In this document: positions 52,374 through 64,000 of the stretch, one piece after another
Numbering within the stretch: position 1 is the stretch's first letter
How the letters are laid out: each line of letters begins with the position of its first letter
NCBI GenBank assembly: GCA_963737265.1
Contig: CAVTRY010000011.1
Location: 832,001 to 896,000 of the forward strand
Length of the DNA: 64,000 nt
Direction of reading: 5' to 3'
Source of the DNA: an uncultured delta proteobacterium
Lineage (GTDB): Bacteria > Myxococcota_A > Polyangia > Fen-1088
Notes under the pieces: model-generated
Seen by the model: the letters and a program-made list of their open reading frames with translations, nothing else
What the model was told of the DNA's origin: nothing
Database searches by the model: none
Program-made: the position numbers and the translations under genes

Positions 52374-53675
52374 TCACGCGGTTTTCGTGACTAACTTGGC
52401 GCTGTTCTTCTCAGATAAGCCGCCCCCATCACCACCTCGATCACCACTTTGGGGATCACCACCCTCATTTTTTCGAGCCTGGGTGAACCCCGCGAGGGAG
52501 ATCACCTTGGCCAGCCCAGCCCTCACTTCTTCGCCCGCCACAGTGCTGTAGTGCTGCTGCATTTCGGCCGAGGCGTGACCGCTGATCGCGCGCACCACAA
52601 GGTCGTGAACCTGCGCCGCTCGCCCCAGGTCTTGGAACGTGCGCCGCATGAACTTGGCCGTGAGATGTTTGTCGATCTTAGCTGCCTTGGCGATGGCATC
52701 TATGGGTTTCTTCAAACAGGATGCGGCCCGGTAGCCGCCGATCTCGGACGGGAACAGTAGGTCGGATTCCTGCATTGGCCCTTCGGGTAGTCGGTCGACG
52801 TGCCATCGAAGAATGTCGACAAGCTCGCTCGGCAACGGCACCCGCAGCCACCGGATCTTTCCACGCTTCCCTTGCTTGAGCCGTTCCACCACCTCCCCTT
52901 TTGTCTCTGACCTACGCACCAACAGCACCCCCTCTTCCCACAGTACGTCCGGTGTCGACCCCTTCCTTCGCAGTGGCCGCAGTTCCGACGGCCTTCGCCC
53001 GGTAGCCACACCCACCGCCATCATGGCGAAGTGCTGCGGATACAACTCTTTCGCCTTGGCCATGAAGACCGGAACTTCCGCCACCGTCAATGCCCCCGGT
53101 TCCTCCTCGGTAAACGTGTTCCAGTCCGACGTGTCGAGCAGATCCACGTTGCGGGTGGGATCGCGTTCTAGTTCCAGATCCTCCACCGCTGCCCGAAGTG
53201 TGGTGAGCAAGATGGCCAGCCACCCGTTCACCGTGTTCGGGCTGTAGTCGCCCCGCTCGACCTTCCGTCCCTGGACCGCCTTCCACTCCTCGATGTCCTT
53301 CCTCTGGATCGCATCCACGTACCAATCGCCGAACGCCGGAATCAGATGGAGATCCTGCGTGTCCGCCCACCGCTCACGGCTCTTCGCCGACTTGAGGTTT
53401 CCTAGCGCGACCTTTCGCTCGAACAAGGATGTCGCGTAGTCGCCGTACCGTTCTCTTTTGCGAACTTCCCCCAACCTGCCTTGCCGAATCTCGTTCTTCA
53501 GCTCCGCCTGCTTCACTACAGCCTGTTTCTGCGTGATGTTCTCGAACTCCTGATTCCTCTCCTTCAGCATGCCAGTCCTCGGATCTACCGCGCGCACGCG
53601 AACGCGATACCCCGTTGCCGTTTTGTATATGCCCGGATACCTGGTCGGGTTGCACCCGTCTGTCCAAGTCGTCAT
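52374..53675 (-). CDS. Tyrosine recombinase/integrase
   Basis: TGRRPSEL (R), KFMRRT (HxxR position with K), ISGH...QHY (H, Y); SD GAGGAA before ATG 53675. Confidence 0.9.
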   Translation of the reverse strand: MTTWTDGCNPTRYPGIYKTATGYRVRVRAVDPRTGMLKERNQEFENITQKQAVVKQAELKNEIRQGRLGEVRKRERYGDYATSLFERKVALGNLKSAKSRERWADTQDLHLIPAFGDWYVDAIQRKDIEEWKAVQGRKVERGDYSPNTVNGWLAILLTTLRAAVEDLELERDPTRNVDLLDTSDWNTFTEEEPGALTVAEVPVFMAKAKELYPQHFAMMAVGVATGRRPSELRPLRRKGSTPDVLWEEGVLLVRRSETKGEVVERLKQGKRGKIRWLRVPLPSELVDILRWHVDRLPEGPMQESDLLFPSEIGGYRAASCLKKPIDAIAKAAKIDKHLTAKFMRRTFQDLGRAAQVHDLVVRAISGHASAEMQQHYSTVAGEEVRAGLAKVISLAGFTQARKNEGGDPQSGDRGGDGGGLSEKNSAKLVTKTA

Positions 53676-53907
53676 TTCTATGTTCCTCGCCAGGAGCATC
53701 GGGCCGTCCACCGACCATTGTACCTGCTCCATCTGACAGAAAGCGATCTAGCGTCGTGATGAGGTAAACATCGGTGCCGCCGCGCCCGCGCCTGCCGTCC
53801 GGACGCAAGAGGCCACGCATCTTGAGGGTCCGAACGGCTGACGGATGCTTGTATTTCAGGTACTCCGCCGCCTCGGCAGTGGTGAGGTATCGCAATGGCA
53901 CAGGCAT
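53374..53907 (-). CDS. Excisionase-like HTH protein (3' part overlaps the integrase)
   Basis: YLTTAEAAEYL...VRTL...GLL AlpA/Xis-like HTH in the first 60 aa or so. Confidence 0.65.
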   Translation of the reverse strand: MPVPLRYLTTAEAAEYLKYKHPSAVRTLKMRGLLRPDGRRGRGGTDVYLITTLDRFLSDGAGTMVGGRPDAPGEEHRNDDLDRRVQPDQVSGHIQNGNGVSRSRARGRSEDWHAEGEESGVREHHAETGCSEAGGAEERDSARQVGGSSQKRTVRRLRDILVRAKGRARKPQVGEEP

Positions 53908-53924
53908 GGTTGACCTCGGTGACT

Positions 53925-54386
53925 TCATCCTTGTTCGTGGTCATCTGGAGTGATGACAACATCGTCGGGCTCGGCCATGGTCGTGGCGTTCGGCGAAGTG
54001 GGAGTCGTCGTTGCAGGCGTCGCCACCACCATCACCACCACCACCGGCTTTCGCCCGACGTGCCTGACGACCGATACCAGCCCGGCACCTTCAAGGGCCG
54101 AGAGGCCACGCGAGGCCGCATATCGGGAGATCCTCATCCTCGCCATGCCGGTCATGGAGATCGACACCTTGCTGGACCTGGTGAGCCCCACCTCGAACCA
54201 GAGCCGAAGGGCCACGTGCAGGGACTTACCTGGTAGCGCTCCAGCGCGCTCCAGCCATGGCCAAGGGATTGGTCCCTTCAAGAACCTTTCATGTTGCCGT
54301 GGCTTGGGTGGCAGAGGGCGTGCGGGTACCCGCGCGCCGGTGCCACCGACAACTCGCAAGGCGTCGATGTCCACTAGGCGGTCCAC
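53925..54386 (-). CDS. Winged-helix DNA-binding protein
   Basis: FLKGPIPWPWL...ISRYAASRGLSALEGAGLVSV wHTH pattern; closely spaced with polA. Confidence 0.7.
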   Translation of the reverse strand: MDRLVDIDALRVVGGTGARVPARPLPPKPRQHERFLKGPIPWPWLERAGALPGKSLHVALRLWFEVGLTRSSKVSISMTGMARMRISRYAASRGLSALEGAGLVSVVRHVGRKPVVVVMVVATPATTTPTSPNATTMAEPDDVVITPDDHEQG

Positions 54387-54390
54387 AGTC

Positions 54391-56187
54391 CTACCCCTTC
54401 TTGCAGGAAGCGGCTTGGACAGGGGCTACGCCACCGGCCTGCTCCAGTTCTTCGATGATTTCCCAGACCTTGGCCCACATGCTCTCGCCGCGCGGGTCGG
54501 TGAATCGATCCGGGTGGGCAAAGACCTTGGCCTCCGAGCGCAACTCGAACCCACCCAAGACGAGCTTGCTGGCGTCAGCCATCGCCTTCTGGGTTGCAGC
54601 CACGACCTCATCAATCCGCTCGATAGGCGCCATCACAAGTAAGGCGTCGTGGACGGGGGCGCAGACTTCGATGCCCTGCTCGGTTGTGAAGATACTCGCG
54701 AGGCGCAACATCTCGGCTCCGTTGCCTTGCACGGGATGGTTTCGGATCGAACGTGGGTTAGCTTCACCGGCGACATGGATTTCCCACCCGTAGACCGTGG
54801 GCAATGCCCCGGTGAGCATCGCATAGTCGAGAGCGGCGTCTGACCAAGCCCAGAACTTCGGGTAGGTCTGCCGATGGAGGTCGAGCAGACGGCGCGCATG
54901 GGCCACCGACTGTCCAATGCGCACAGCCAGGTTCTCGAAGCCCATCCCGTATTGGACGGCAAGAGCGCAAGCCTTGAATTGTTCGCGTATTTCGCCGTGC
55001 GTACTCTTTGTCGCACTTTCAGGGGCGGCCCCTGCTTGAACCGCGAAGGCGAGGTACGGGTCCCCCGAGTTGTAGGCCAACATCATGGCCGGATCACCGG
55101 ACAGTGCGGCGGCGACCCCGAATTCTTGCTGCTCCCAGTCAACGTAGGCCAGTGCGTACCCTGGCTGTGCCTTCATCAACATGCGCAGCCAAACTGCTGG
55201 CCCGAAAATGAACTCGCTCGTACTGGGTTGGTTCCGGCCCGTCTTGGCCCTGTAGGCGGACAACATGCAGCGGTTTCGGCCATCGGCACCGACCGCAAGA
55301 TCGGCAAGGCGCAACTGCGACAGCGAAGCGCGGAGTTCTTTCATTTCACAAACCTCGGGGTGCATCCGTGCCATGTCCCGAAAAGTATCCGCGTCGAGTG
55401 CCTGAAGGCCGCTGGGCAGTTCAGGCCAGGCTATGTTGTGAGCCTCGGTCCACTTTCGCCACCGTTCGCGCTTGAATGTACCGCCCTCGTAGACGCCGTA
55501 GGACTGATCGACCTTCCGGATGAGCCGCTCTGGTATCGCATCCCACGAGTGACGAAGTCGGCTCAATTCATCCACGCTCACCGGCACGCCAGTTCGCTCC
55601 ATCCTCGCGACGGCTGACATGTAGCGGCCCCGGTGAAGTGCGCGAGGCAAGTCGATGCCAGGTATCATGGTCGGCAACAACTCCGCCAGCGCGGTCACGT
55701 CGGTTTCGCAGTAGGAAATGAGAGCAGATCGCTCCTCAGAAGTATAGGGGCCTCCCCGCAACGCCAGCGTCCTCATCGCCTCTTTTTGCTCCCAACCGAT
55801 AGCTGGCAAGCCGAAATAGGAGAGAGCCCCAAGCAGGCTCGCACCATCTGGCGGCCGAAGCCCATTCGTTCGCACTCGGAACTCGGTGAACAAGTCCAGG
55901 ATGTTGGTGGGGACTGGCCAGTCCAGTGCGAGGTGACAGCCAACCTCGGCGGAGCCGTAGTAGGCCACCATCACCGAGTCGGCGTCCGTGCCATAGGGCG
56001 GGCCATCTGCCCGCCGGAGGTCGTCTTCCCACCAACGGACAGTGTCTCCAGAGATCAGATCGCGCGCCACCAGACAGATCGGCTCGGGCAGTTCGCCAGG
56101 CGCCGAACGAAACTCGAAATCGGCCATCCAAATTTTGAAGATCCCCACCGCCGCAAAAGCGGCACGGACGAAAGCCATGAGGTTCAT
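54391..56187 (-). CDS. Family A DNA polymerase (3'-5' exonuclease plus polymerase; no 5' nuclease)
   Basis: ExoI ADFEF, ExoIII YCETD, TGR, motif A DWEQQE, motif B R...KACALAVQYG, QGNGAE, motif C VHDA. Confidence 0.9.
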   Translation of the reverse strand: MNLMAFVRAAFAAVGIFKIWMADFEFRSAPGELPEPICLVARDLISGDTVRWWEDDLRRADGPPYGTDADSVMVAYYGSAEVGCHLALDWPVPTNILDLFTEFRVRTNGLRPPDGASLLGALSYFGLPAIGWEQKEAMRTLALRGGPYTSEERSALISYCETDVTALAELLPTMIPGIDLPRALHRGRYMSAVARMERTGVPVSVDELSRLRHSWDAIPERLIRKVDQSYGVYEGGTFKRERWRKWTEAHNIAWPELPSGLQALDADTFRDMARMHPEVCEMKELRASLSQLRLADLAVGADGRNRCMLSAYRAKTGRNQPSTSEFIFGPAVWLRMLMKAQPGYALAYVDWEQQEFGVAAALSGDPAMMLAYNSGDPYLAFAVQAGAAPESATKSTHGEIREQFKACALAVQYGMGFENLAVRIGQSVAHARRLLDLHRQTYPKFWAWSDAALDYAMLTGALPTVYGWEIHVAGEANPRSIRNHPVQGNGAEMLRLASIFTTEQGIEVCAPVHDALLVMAPIERIDEVVAATQKAMADASKLVLGGFELRSEAKVFAHPDRFTDPRGESMWAKVWEIIEELEQAGGVAPVQAASCKKG

Positions 56188-56942
56188 ACCTCACCCCTCA
56201 GCTTTCGCAGCACGGGATGATCGAGCGAATCAATCACTCGTCCCCTGACGGCGATACGCACGATCTCGTCCATCGCCAATTCTGGCCACTCTGGATCTGG
56301 AATCTCCCCAACCGCTTCGTACACTTCGTAGGCGCCCAGTGCCATGTTCGCCTGCACGCGCACCCATGCGTGGACTGCACGGGCCGCCGCATCTCTAGCC
56401 GAAGCGTGCCAGTTGTTGATCCGTCCGTCTTCGCCTGGAACTCGCAGCGCCCACAGGAAGAGTGTCCTCTGTCGAGTGATGGTTGGGACGAGTAGCTTGG
56501 GGACCATGTCACCGGGGAAACTGCCGGCAATGTCGGCCGTTCCCACGAATGTCTCCTGTTCATCCACTAGCGTGTACACCAGCATTGGTTCCATCGTGGG
56601 ATGGACCCGAACGAACTCGTTTCTCTTGGGATTTCGGATGGGGATGGTTGTTACGAGCCTCTTGGCCCCCAACTTACTCGCGAAGTCCTGTGATATGCGG
56701 AGCTGCGCGAGCACATCGGGTTCGGCAGGTCTCCTGTTCACGTCGTGCGTGTTGGATGCGCTGCGAGGATCCTGCTCCGCCGTTGGTGGTGCGGCTGTCT
56801 TCTCCGTAGGTGATGGTACGATTGCCGGCTCTGTCGTCACCTTGCCCTCGATCTTGGCGGCTGATGTTCCCTGATCAGGGCCGCTCTCCGGTTCCAATGT
56901 TGTGGTCGTTGTTGATAGTGTCGCCTTGGTCTTGGTGCTCAT
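56184..56942 (-). CDS. Hypothetical protein coupled to polA (candidate ssDNA-binding/replication accessory)
   Basis: Stop overlaps the polA start; SD AAGGAG; disordered N-terminus then an aromatic-rich beta domain. Confidence 0.7.
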   Translation of the reverse strand: MSTKTKATLSTTTTTLEPESGPDQGTSAAKIEGKVTTEPAIVPSPTEKTAAPPTAEQDPRSASNTHDVNRRPAEPDVLAQLRISQDFASKLGAKRLVTTIPIRNPKRNEFVRVHPTMEPMLVYTLVDEQETFVGTADIAGSFPGDMVPKLLVPTITRQRTLFLWALRVPGEDGRINNWHASARDAAARAVHAWVRVQANMALGAYEVYEAVGEIPDPEWPELAMDEIVRIAVRGRVIDSLDHPVLRKLRGEV

Positions 56943-57259
56943 TTCTTGTTCTCCTTGTTGCAGCCGAGACTGTTGATTTCGTCTCGGTGCGAGCACCCAA
57001 ACTACTGTGACTTTTCGACTCCCTTGGTGGGGGGGGAACACCGCTTAGAGGTGGGGGAGATCGACAAAGCACGCACGTATCCCCAAGAAATCGTTGAGGA
57101 TCATTCGTGGGGGGGAACTTTCGCGATTTCTGGGGAAGATCGATCTTGACGGAAAAAGCAGACAATTCCGCGCGTTGGACTGCCGAGATGTTCCGAATCG
57201 CCACCGGCTGCAACACTCTCCCCGACGACGAAAGCCCAAGTCAGACGGTAGAGGTTGGT

Positions 57260-58024
57260 CTACTTTTCGATCTTGCTGCTACCCTTCGGGAAGCCAGTTC
57301 CCTTGACCCGGCCCGAGCCCCAGTTGTCTGGACGAATGATGTTGTCGATGTGATCGGCCACGTCGGGCTTCACTTTCTCCTTGCACACCTTCGTGAGGTA
57401 TTCGCGAACGTCTTCTGTGCGGTGCTTATCCGGACGGGAAGCGGCCTCATCGTAGCCCTTCCAGAACTCACTCACCGCATCCGCCAAGGCATTGAGCTTC
57501 TTGGTCGTGTAAGGCCCCCACGGCCACGTCGGTTGTGGTTCAATCGCTAACTTCTCGAAGTCGTCGGGCAGCCCCCCCCAGACCTCCGCTGACTGTCGCT
57601 TCATATCCTTCGCCCATTTCGCGAATTCACTCAGGCGCACCGTGATGGTCTCGCGGCCATTCCGTTCGGGGACTCGAACCACATCAAATGCCTCACCGGA
57701 CACTCTGGTTGCGATTTCCAGGCGAAGATCGGCTTCCTCAAAACCGTAGCGATCCTCGGGATTGCTCGCATTGTCGAAGTAGTCCTCGTAGCTCTCCGGG
57801 TCCATGTCACACGACAGGAAAACCGCCTCCTCCAATGGAACATGATAGTGCTGGAGACATTTCCACTTGGGCCAGAAGGGCGAAAGAATGTTGGGTTTTG
57901 CAACATCGCTGTTGGGCGTGTTCTCAATTCCCTTGTCGCCCCCTTCGTCCTCCGGTTTTCCCGCTTGAGGCTGGGGCTCCCCTGCGTTCTCCGCTACCTC
58001 GTCTGTCTTGTTTTCCTCGGCCAC
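57260..58024 (-). CDS. Hypothetical protein
   Basis: SD GGAGGT before GTG 58024; 254-aa ORF downstream of the DUF499 gene. Confidence 0.6.
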   Translation of the reverse strand: MAEENKTDEVAENAGEPQPQAGKPEDEGGDKGIENTPNSDVAKPNILSPFWPKWKCLQHYHVPLEEAVFLSCDMDPESYEDYFDNASNPEDRYGFEEADLRLEIATRVSGEAFDVVRVPERNGRETITVRLSEFAKWAKDMKRQSAEVWGGLPDDFEKLAIEPQPTWPWGPYTTKKLNALADAVSEFWKGYDEAASRPDKHRTEDVREYLTKVCKEKVKPDVADHIDNIIRPDNWGSGRVKGTGFPKGSSKIEK

Positions 58025-58075
58025 GGATTCACCTCCCGCACGGGGTTGCGCCGTCTGGACGACTTCCACGACTCG

Positions 58076-61411
<3,336 letters not shown>

Positions 61412-61414
61412 TGG

Positions 61415-64000
61415 CTACTTCTCCTCGAACATCGTGGTCTGCCCCTTGGTGGGCTTGGTGCCTTCGCGGGCCAGGCGAGTGATCTCGGGCCAGCTCTGAA
61501 CCAGGGCGTTGTACGCGAGGGCTTCCTGGGCACGCTTCTTATTGTTGGACATGGTGTAGAGCCGGTACGCCAGCTCGCGGACGACCTCGGCCTTGCTGCC
61601 CATCTTGGCGGCAAGATCTGCCGCCGCGCCTTCACCGCCGGCTTCGAGAACACGAATCAGATGGTGAGCCATCTCCCACACGGTCAGGCGCTCATCGGTG
61701 GTCGGGTCCCAGTCCTCGGGCAACTCTGAAGGCTTGAGCAGCCGTACCTTGCCAGCCTTCGAGGCGAGCACGCCAGCCTCCACCAGACCCGAGACGCTGG
61801 TGTTCTTGGACTTCGACAGTTGTTCCGCCTCGCCGTATCCCGCGCTTGTAAAACCGTACTGCTCAAACCACGTCAGAGCCCAGCGGGTATCGGCGTCGAA
61901 GTCGCCCTCCTGCTCAGCAAGCACTTCGTCGAGGGTCTGGTTGATGAGCGCGAGAGCATCGCGTACCGAAAGCGCCTTCCCCTCGGCGTCCAGCACCTTG
62001 TCATATCGAGTGTAGGCTGCCATGCCTGGTCCAATGACAGCCTGTTGAAGATCCACGGGAGCGATATTGCCGTGCTGAAGGTGAGAGAGCGCAACGGGAA
62101 GTTCGGTCTTGAGCGCTGCCAGAAAATCGCGCCGGGTGGCCGTGGGCGCGTCAGCGGAGCGTTGACGGCAGACGATCACGATGCTGGATGCCAGTACGTT
62201 CTTGCCAGTCTTGACCCCCTGGTCACGCTCCGTCCGCATCGGCCAGGTGCCACTAATGGTGAAACCAGCTCGGAGCACGGCCTCCAGGAAGGTGTCCCAT
62301 CCCGTGCTCACAGTTGCGCTGTCACCGTCCCCTTTACCGTCCTGTTCAGTCTCTGCTTGCTTGTAAGCGTAATAGATAGTGACCGGGAAGGCCGGGTGCG
62401 TCTGCTCCGCAATCCGATGCATAGCGAGTGTCATGCTGTCGAGGAAGAATGCCTCGGCTTTCTGTTTGCCCCCGTGCCTATATGGCGATGCCACCAGTTC
62501 CTCGGTCTTGGGTACGGCAAGAGTCGCGAAAAGGCCGGGGAAGACATGTCTGAGGGAACGGCGTAGCCAAACATAGAAGAAGTCCGACAAGTCGGCGTAA
62601 GCGACGTTGTCATAGTACGGCGGATCTGTCGAAACGACCTTGGAGGCTGAAATGTCTTGTGTCTGAGCATCTGCCTGTGAAACGCATGCGGGATGTGTCA
62701 ATGCGTTGGAAATCGTCGTGCCAATTGAGGACGTGGTGGCTGCAAAATCTCCGGCAGCCCCGGCGAAAGGATTGACCTCGGGAAAGTCCCACGCCATCGG
62801 TATGGCCTGCCGGCTGAACAGATTAACACTCTGCCCTCTGCTTTGTGACCATACCGCTAGGGCATTGACGGTGTTGGTAGTTCGACTGACTGCTAGTCCA
62901 AGGTACACCGCCACGGCCTCGGCGTAGGCAAGGGCTCCACTCCCATTGGCGTCGAGGGGTTTGCCGTCGTCAGATTGGCCGGCGGCAAGAGCGTCGAACT
63001 TCACCTGTTCGCATACTTCCGGTATTAAATCGGAAAACGTCGTCAATGCTACGAGTTGTCGCGGGGTGAAAAGGTCACCGAACTTGTCGAGGCCGTAACT
63101 TAGCGTCCAAAAGTTGCGTGGATCGTTGGGTAATGGTGTCTCAGGCCGCCACGTTGGCTTGGCACTTCGTGCAATCGACTCCATCTCATCAGTCGGCGAC
63201 AAATAGACACGCCCGCGCACGCCTTCAGCAACAATGGCCATCAATCGCTGTCCTATTCTTCCGGCTTTGCCTTCGGCTTTAATGTAGTCAGGTGCAATTG
63301 GCCCCCCCGACATCAAGCACCTAAAATTCGCTCCTCGGGATAGCTTGGTGCCGTTCATTGCGCCCTCCGCATCCCTCGACTTGCCCAGCTTTACGGTGAA
63401 TCGGTAGCTGTCGTTTTCAATTACCGGTTGAATGTAGGCTTCCTTGCCTTCCTTTGTGGATAGAATGAACGTAGATGCCAACGGAACATCCACGCCTGCA
63501 AAAGCCGGGTTTGGGCTCTTCACTGTGCGCACCCATAGCGATGCAATCACAGTAAGCGCCTGGCCGACGAGCGGCTTCAGATCCGGGCGTTCCATTGTCA
63601 TCTCAGTTGTGATCTCAGCCTTCGGGTAGAGATGCCCGACACGCTTTTCAGCCTCGTCACGTATCCACTGGCCGTAGTAGCGCACGTCCTCTGCCAGACC
63701 CTGTGAGCCTCGCCACGTATTCGCAGCTTTTTCTTCTTTGGGCTTCTCCTGCCACTTCGGGTTTACCGGCGGTCGCCCCGCAAACTTGGGCGGGATTTCG
63801 ACCATTGCCTTGCATATGACAATAGCCACTGGGTTCAGATCGCTGGCGAAAGAGTCAAGGCCAAGCCGCTGGGCTTCAAGGGGCAAGGACCCGCCACCCG
63901 CGAATGGATCGTGAAACGCCGGAAGCTTCTTGCGGTTGAACAGCTCCCTGGCACGAGGGTGGTCCACATTCTCGGCGCATGCAGCCCGCCAGCTCTGCCA
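61415..64000 (-). CDS. DUF1156-type adenine DNA methyltransferase (5' end beyond window)
   Basis: DPFAGGGSLPLEA (motif I), SDLNPVA, TDPPYYDN (motif IV); frame open to the window end. Confidence 0.9.
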   Translation of the reverse strand, partial: WQSWRAACAENVDHPRARELFNRKKLPAFHDPFAGGGSLPLEAQRLGLDSFASDLNPVAIVICKAMVEIPPKFAGRPPVNPKWQEKPKEEKAANTWRGSQGLAEDVRYYGQWIRDEAEKRVGHLYPKAEITTEMTMERPDLKPLVGQALTVIASLWVRTVKSPNPAFAGVDVPLASTFILSTKEGKEAYIQPVIENDSYRFTVKLGKSRDAEGAMNGTKLSRGANFRCLMSGGPIAPDYIKAEGKAGRIGQRLMAIVAEGVRGRVYLSPTDEMESIARSAKPTWRPETPLPNDPRNFWTLSYGLDKFGDLFTPRQLVALTTFSDLIPEVCEQVKFDALAAGQSDDGKPLDANGSGALAYAEAVAVYLGLAVSRTTNTVNALAVWSQSRGQSVNLFSRQAIPMAWDFPEVNPFAGAAGDFAATTSSIGTTISNALTHPACVSQADAQTQDISASKVVSTDPPYYDNVAYADLSDFFYVWLRRSLRHVFPGLFATLAVPKTEELVASPYRHGGKQKAEAFFLDSMTLAMHRIAEQTHPAFPVTIYYAYKQAETEQDGKGDGDSATVSTGWDTFLEAVLRAGFTISGTWPMRTERDQGVKTGKNVLASSIVIVCRQRSADAPTATRRDFLAALKTELPVALSHLQHGNIAPVDLQQAVIGPGMAAYTRYDKVLDAEGKALSVRDALALINQTLDEVLAEQEGDFDADTRWALTWFEQYGFTSAGYGEAEQLSKSKNTSVSGLVEAGVLASKAGKVRLLKPSELPEDWDPTTDERLTVWEMAHHLIRVLEAGGEGAAADLAAKMGSKAEVVRELAYRLYTMSNNKKRAQEALAYNALVQSWPEITRLAREGTKPTKGQTTMFEEK

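Noticed and set aside
52356-52376. Mx8-style attP inside the integrase gene altering its C-terminus
   Set aside because: The int stop lies on the element side, 18 bp before the tRNA, so recombination within the tRNA would not change the protein.
53895-54236. Plus-strand ORF with a poly-His run
   Set aside because: Antisense reading of the poly-Val codons (GTG repeats) of the wHTH gene.

Overview
High-GC bacterial DNA. A MYXO-CTERM-type surface protein, two eukaryote-like Ser/Thr kinases and the gene order suggest Myxococcota (inference). Positions 1-16 kb are mostly core genes: pgi (partial), a decayed MNT-HEPN toxin-antitoxin pair with an in-frame palindromic insertion, clpS-clpA, pepP, a kinase, yceD-rpmF-plsX-fabG-acpP-fabF, mlaEFD with a probable alr relic, a sigma54-driven Crp/Fnr regulator and tRNA-Arg(ACG). 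Positions 16.2-35.5 kb hold an uncharacterised envelope/redox cluster. It contains a WtpABC-like oxyanion transporter, a roughly 1,400-aa SprA-like outer-membrane protein split by a 1-nt frameshift, three Tat-exported DUF362-like proteins, three DUF6599-like domains, two membrane polyferredoxins, three C-terminally anchored surface proteins and a CDGSH protein. Next come an ogt-alkA fusion and a hexuronate catabolic locus with a LarA-family epimerase plus gnd and no uxuA/eda, followed by alaS, an acyltransferase and a second kinase. From tRNA-Val(CAC) at 52.3 kb to the window end lies an integrative element: integrase, excisionase, wHTH protein, stand-alone family A DNA polymerase, and a DUF499/DUF1156 restriction-like defence module. 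All family assignments come from motif recognition by eye; no database searches were run.
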